Assembly (NCBI GenBank): GCA_964016885.1
Contig: OZ024742.1
Coordinates: forward strand, 170,252,001 to 170,316,000
Reading direction: 5' to 3'
From: Eledone cirrhosa
Taxonomy: Eukaryota
Length of the DNA: 64,000 nt
Both the position numbers and the translations under genes were made by a program. Below are positions 63,685-64,000 of this stretch, piece by piece. The notes beneath the pieces are model-generated. The model did not search any database and was not told the DNA's origin. It worked only from the letters and a program-made list of their open reading frames with translations. Position 1 is the first letter of the stretch; the number at the start of each line of letters is the position of its first letter.

Positions 63685-64000
63685 CTAGTGGGCAGTTCAT
63701 TGTGGAAATGTGCAGTATTAGAATAAAGGCTATAATGTTTAATGTGATGCAGTCATAGTGTTGTTTTGTTCTTTTCAAGAATGCTTTGCTAATGTTGGTC
63801 TCGTGAAGCAGAGGATGTTAAGAGTTAATAATCTTGAACAGATCTTGTGGCAACATCTTCAACAGCGCAGCACAAAAACTTATTTTTAGCCTGTTCTGGT
63901 TTATGGCTTTTTTGCAGGCTAGTTTATTTATCTTTGGTTTGTTGATATCAATCTTTTTAAGACACAAATATCTTGCAATATGGAACATTTCTTGTTAAAG

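Overview
AT-rich, repeat-dense animal genomic DNA. It is most likely a coleoid cephalopod (octopus-like), inferred from the tRNA-derived CORE- and Deu/Nin-type SINEs and the very high microsatellite load. I cannot support any intact host protein-coding gene; nearly all listed ORFs are microsatellite or SINE artefacts. Recognisable coding remnants are all retrotransposon-derived: a decayed CR1-clade LINE, an RTE-clade LINE with a twin-priming-type inversion, short RTE 3' fragments, and two different Penelope-like elements (PLEs) with GIY-YIG endonuclease domains. There are also many SINEs, TTAA-flanked piggyBac-like MITEs, two non-autonomous Helitrons and several minisatellites. The most interesting signal is a set of minimal type I hammerhead ribozyme motifs. 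Four have the CUGANGA core intact (40199, 42889, 43172, 49829; the last has a GAAA>GAAG change) and several more are mutated or decayed. They sit in PLEs and in short non-coding, inverted or tandem, retrozyme-like units, mostly inside (TA)n tracts, with a dense nest at about 39.8-43.8 kb. A visibly CpG-richer domain at about 43.8-51.3 kb may hold a promoter and alternative first exons of a host gene (low confidence). All coordinates were counted by eye and element boundaries are approximate.
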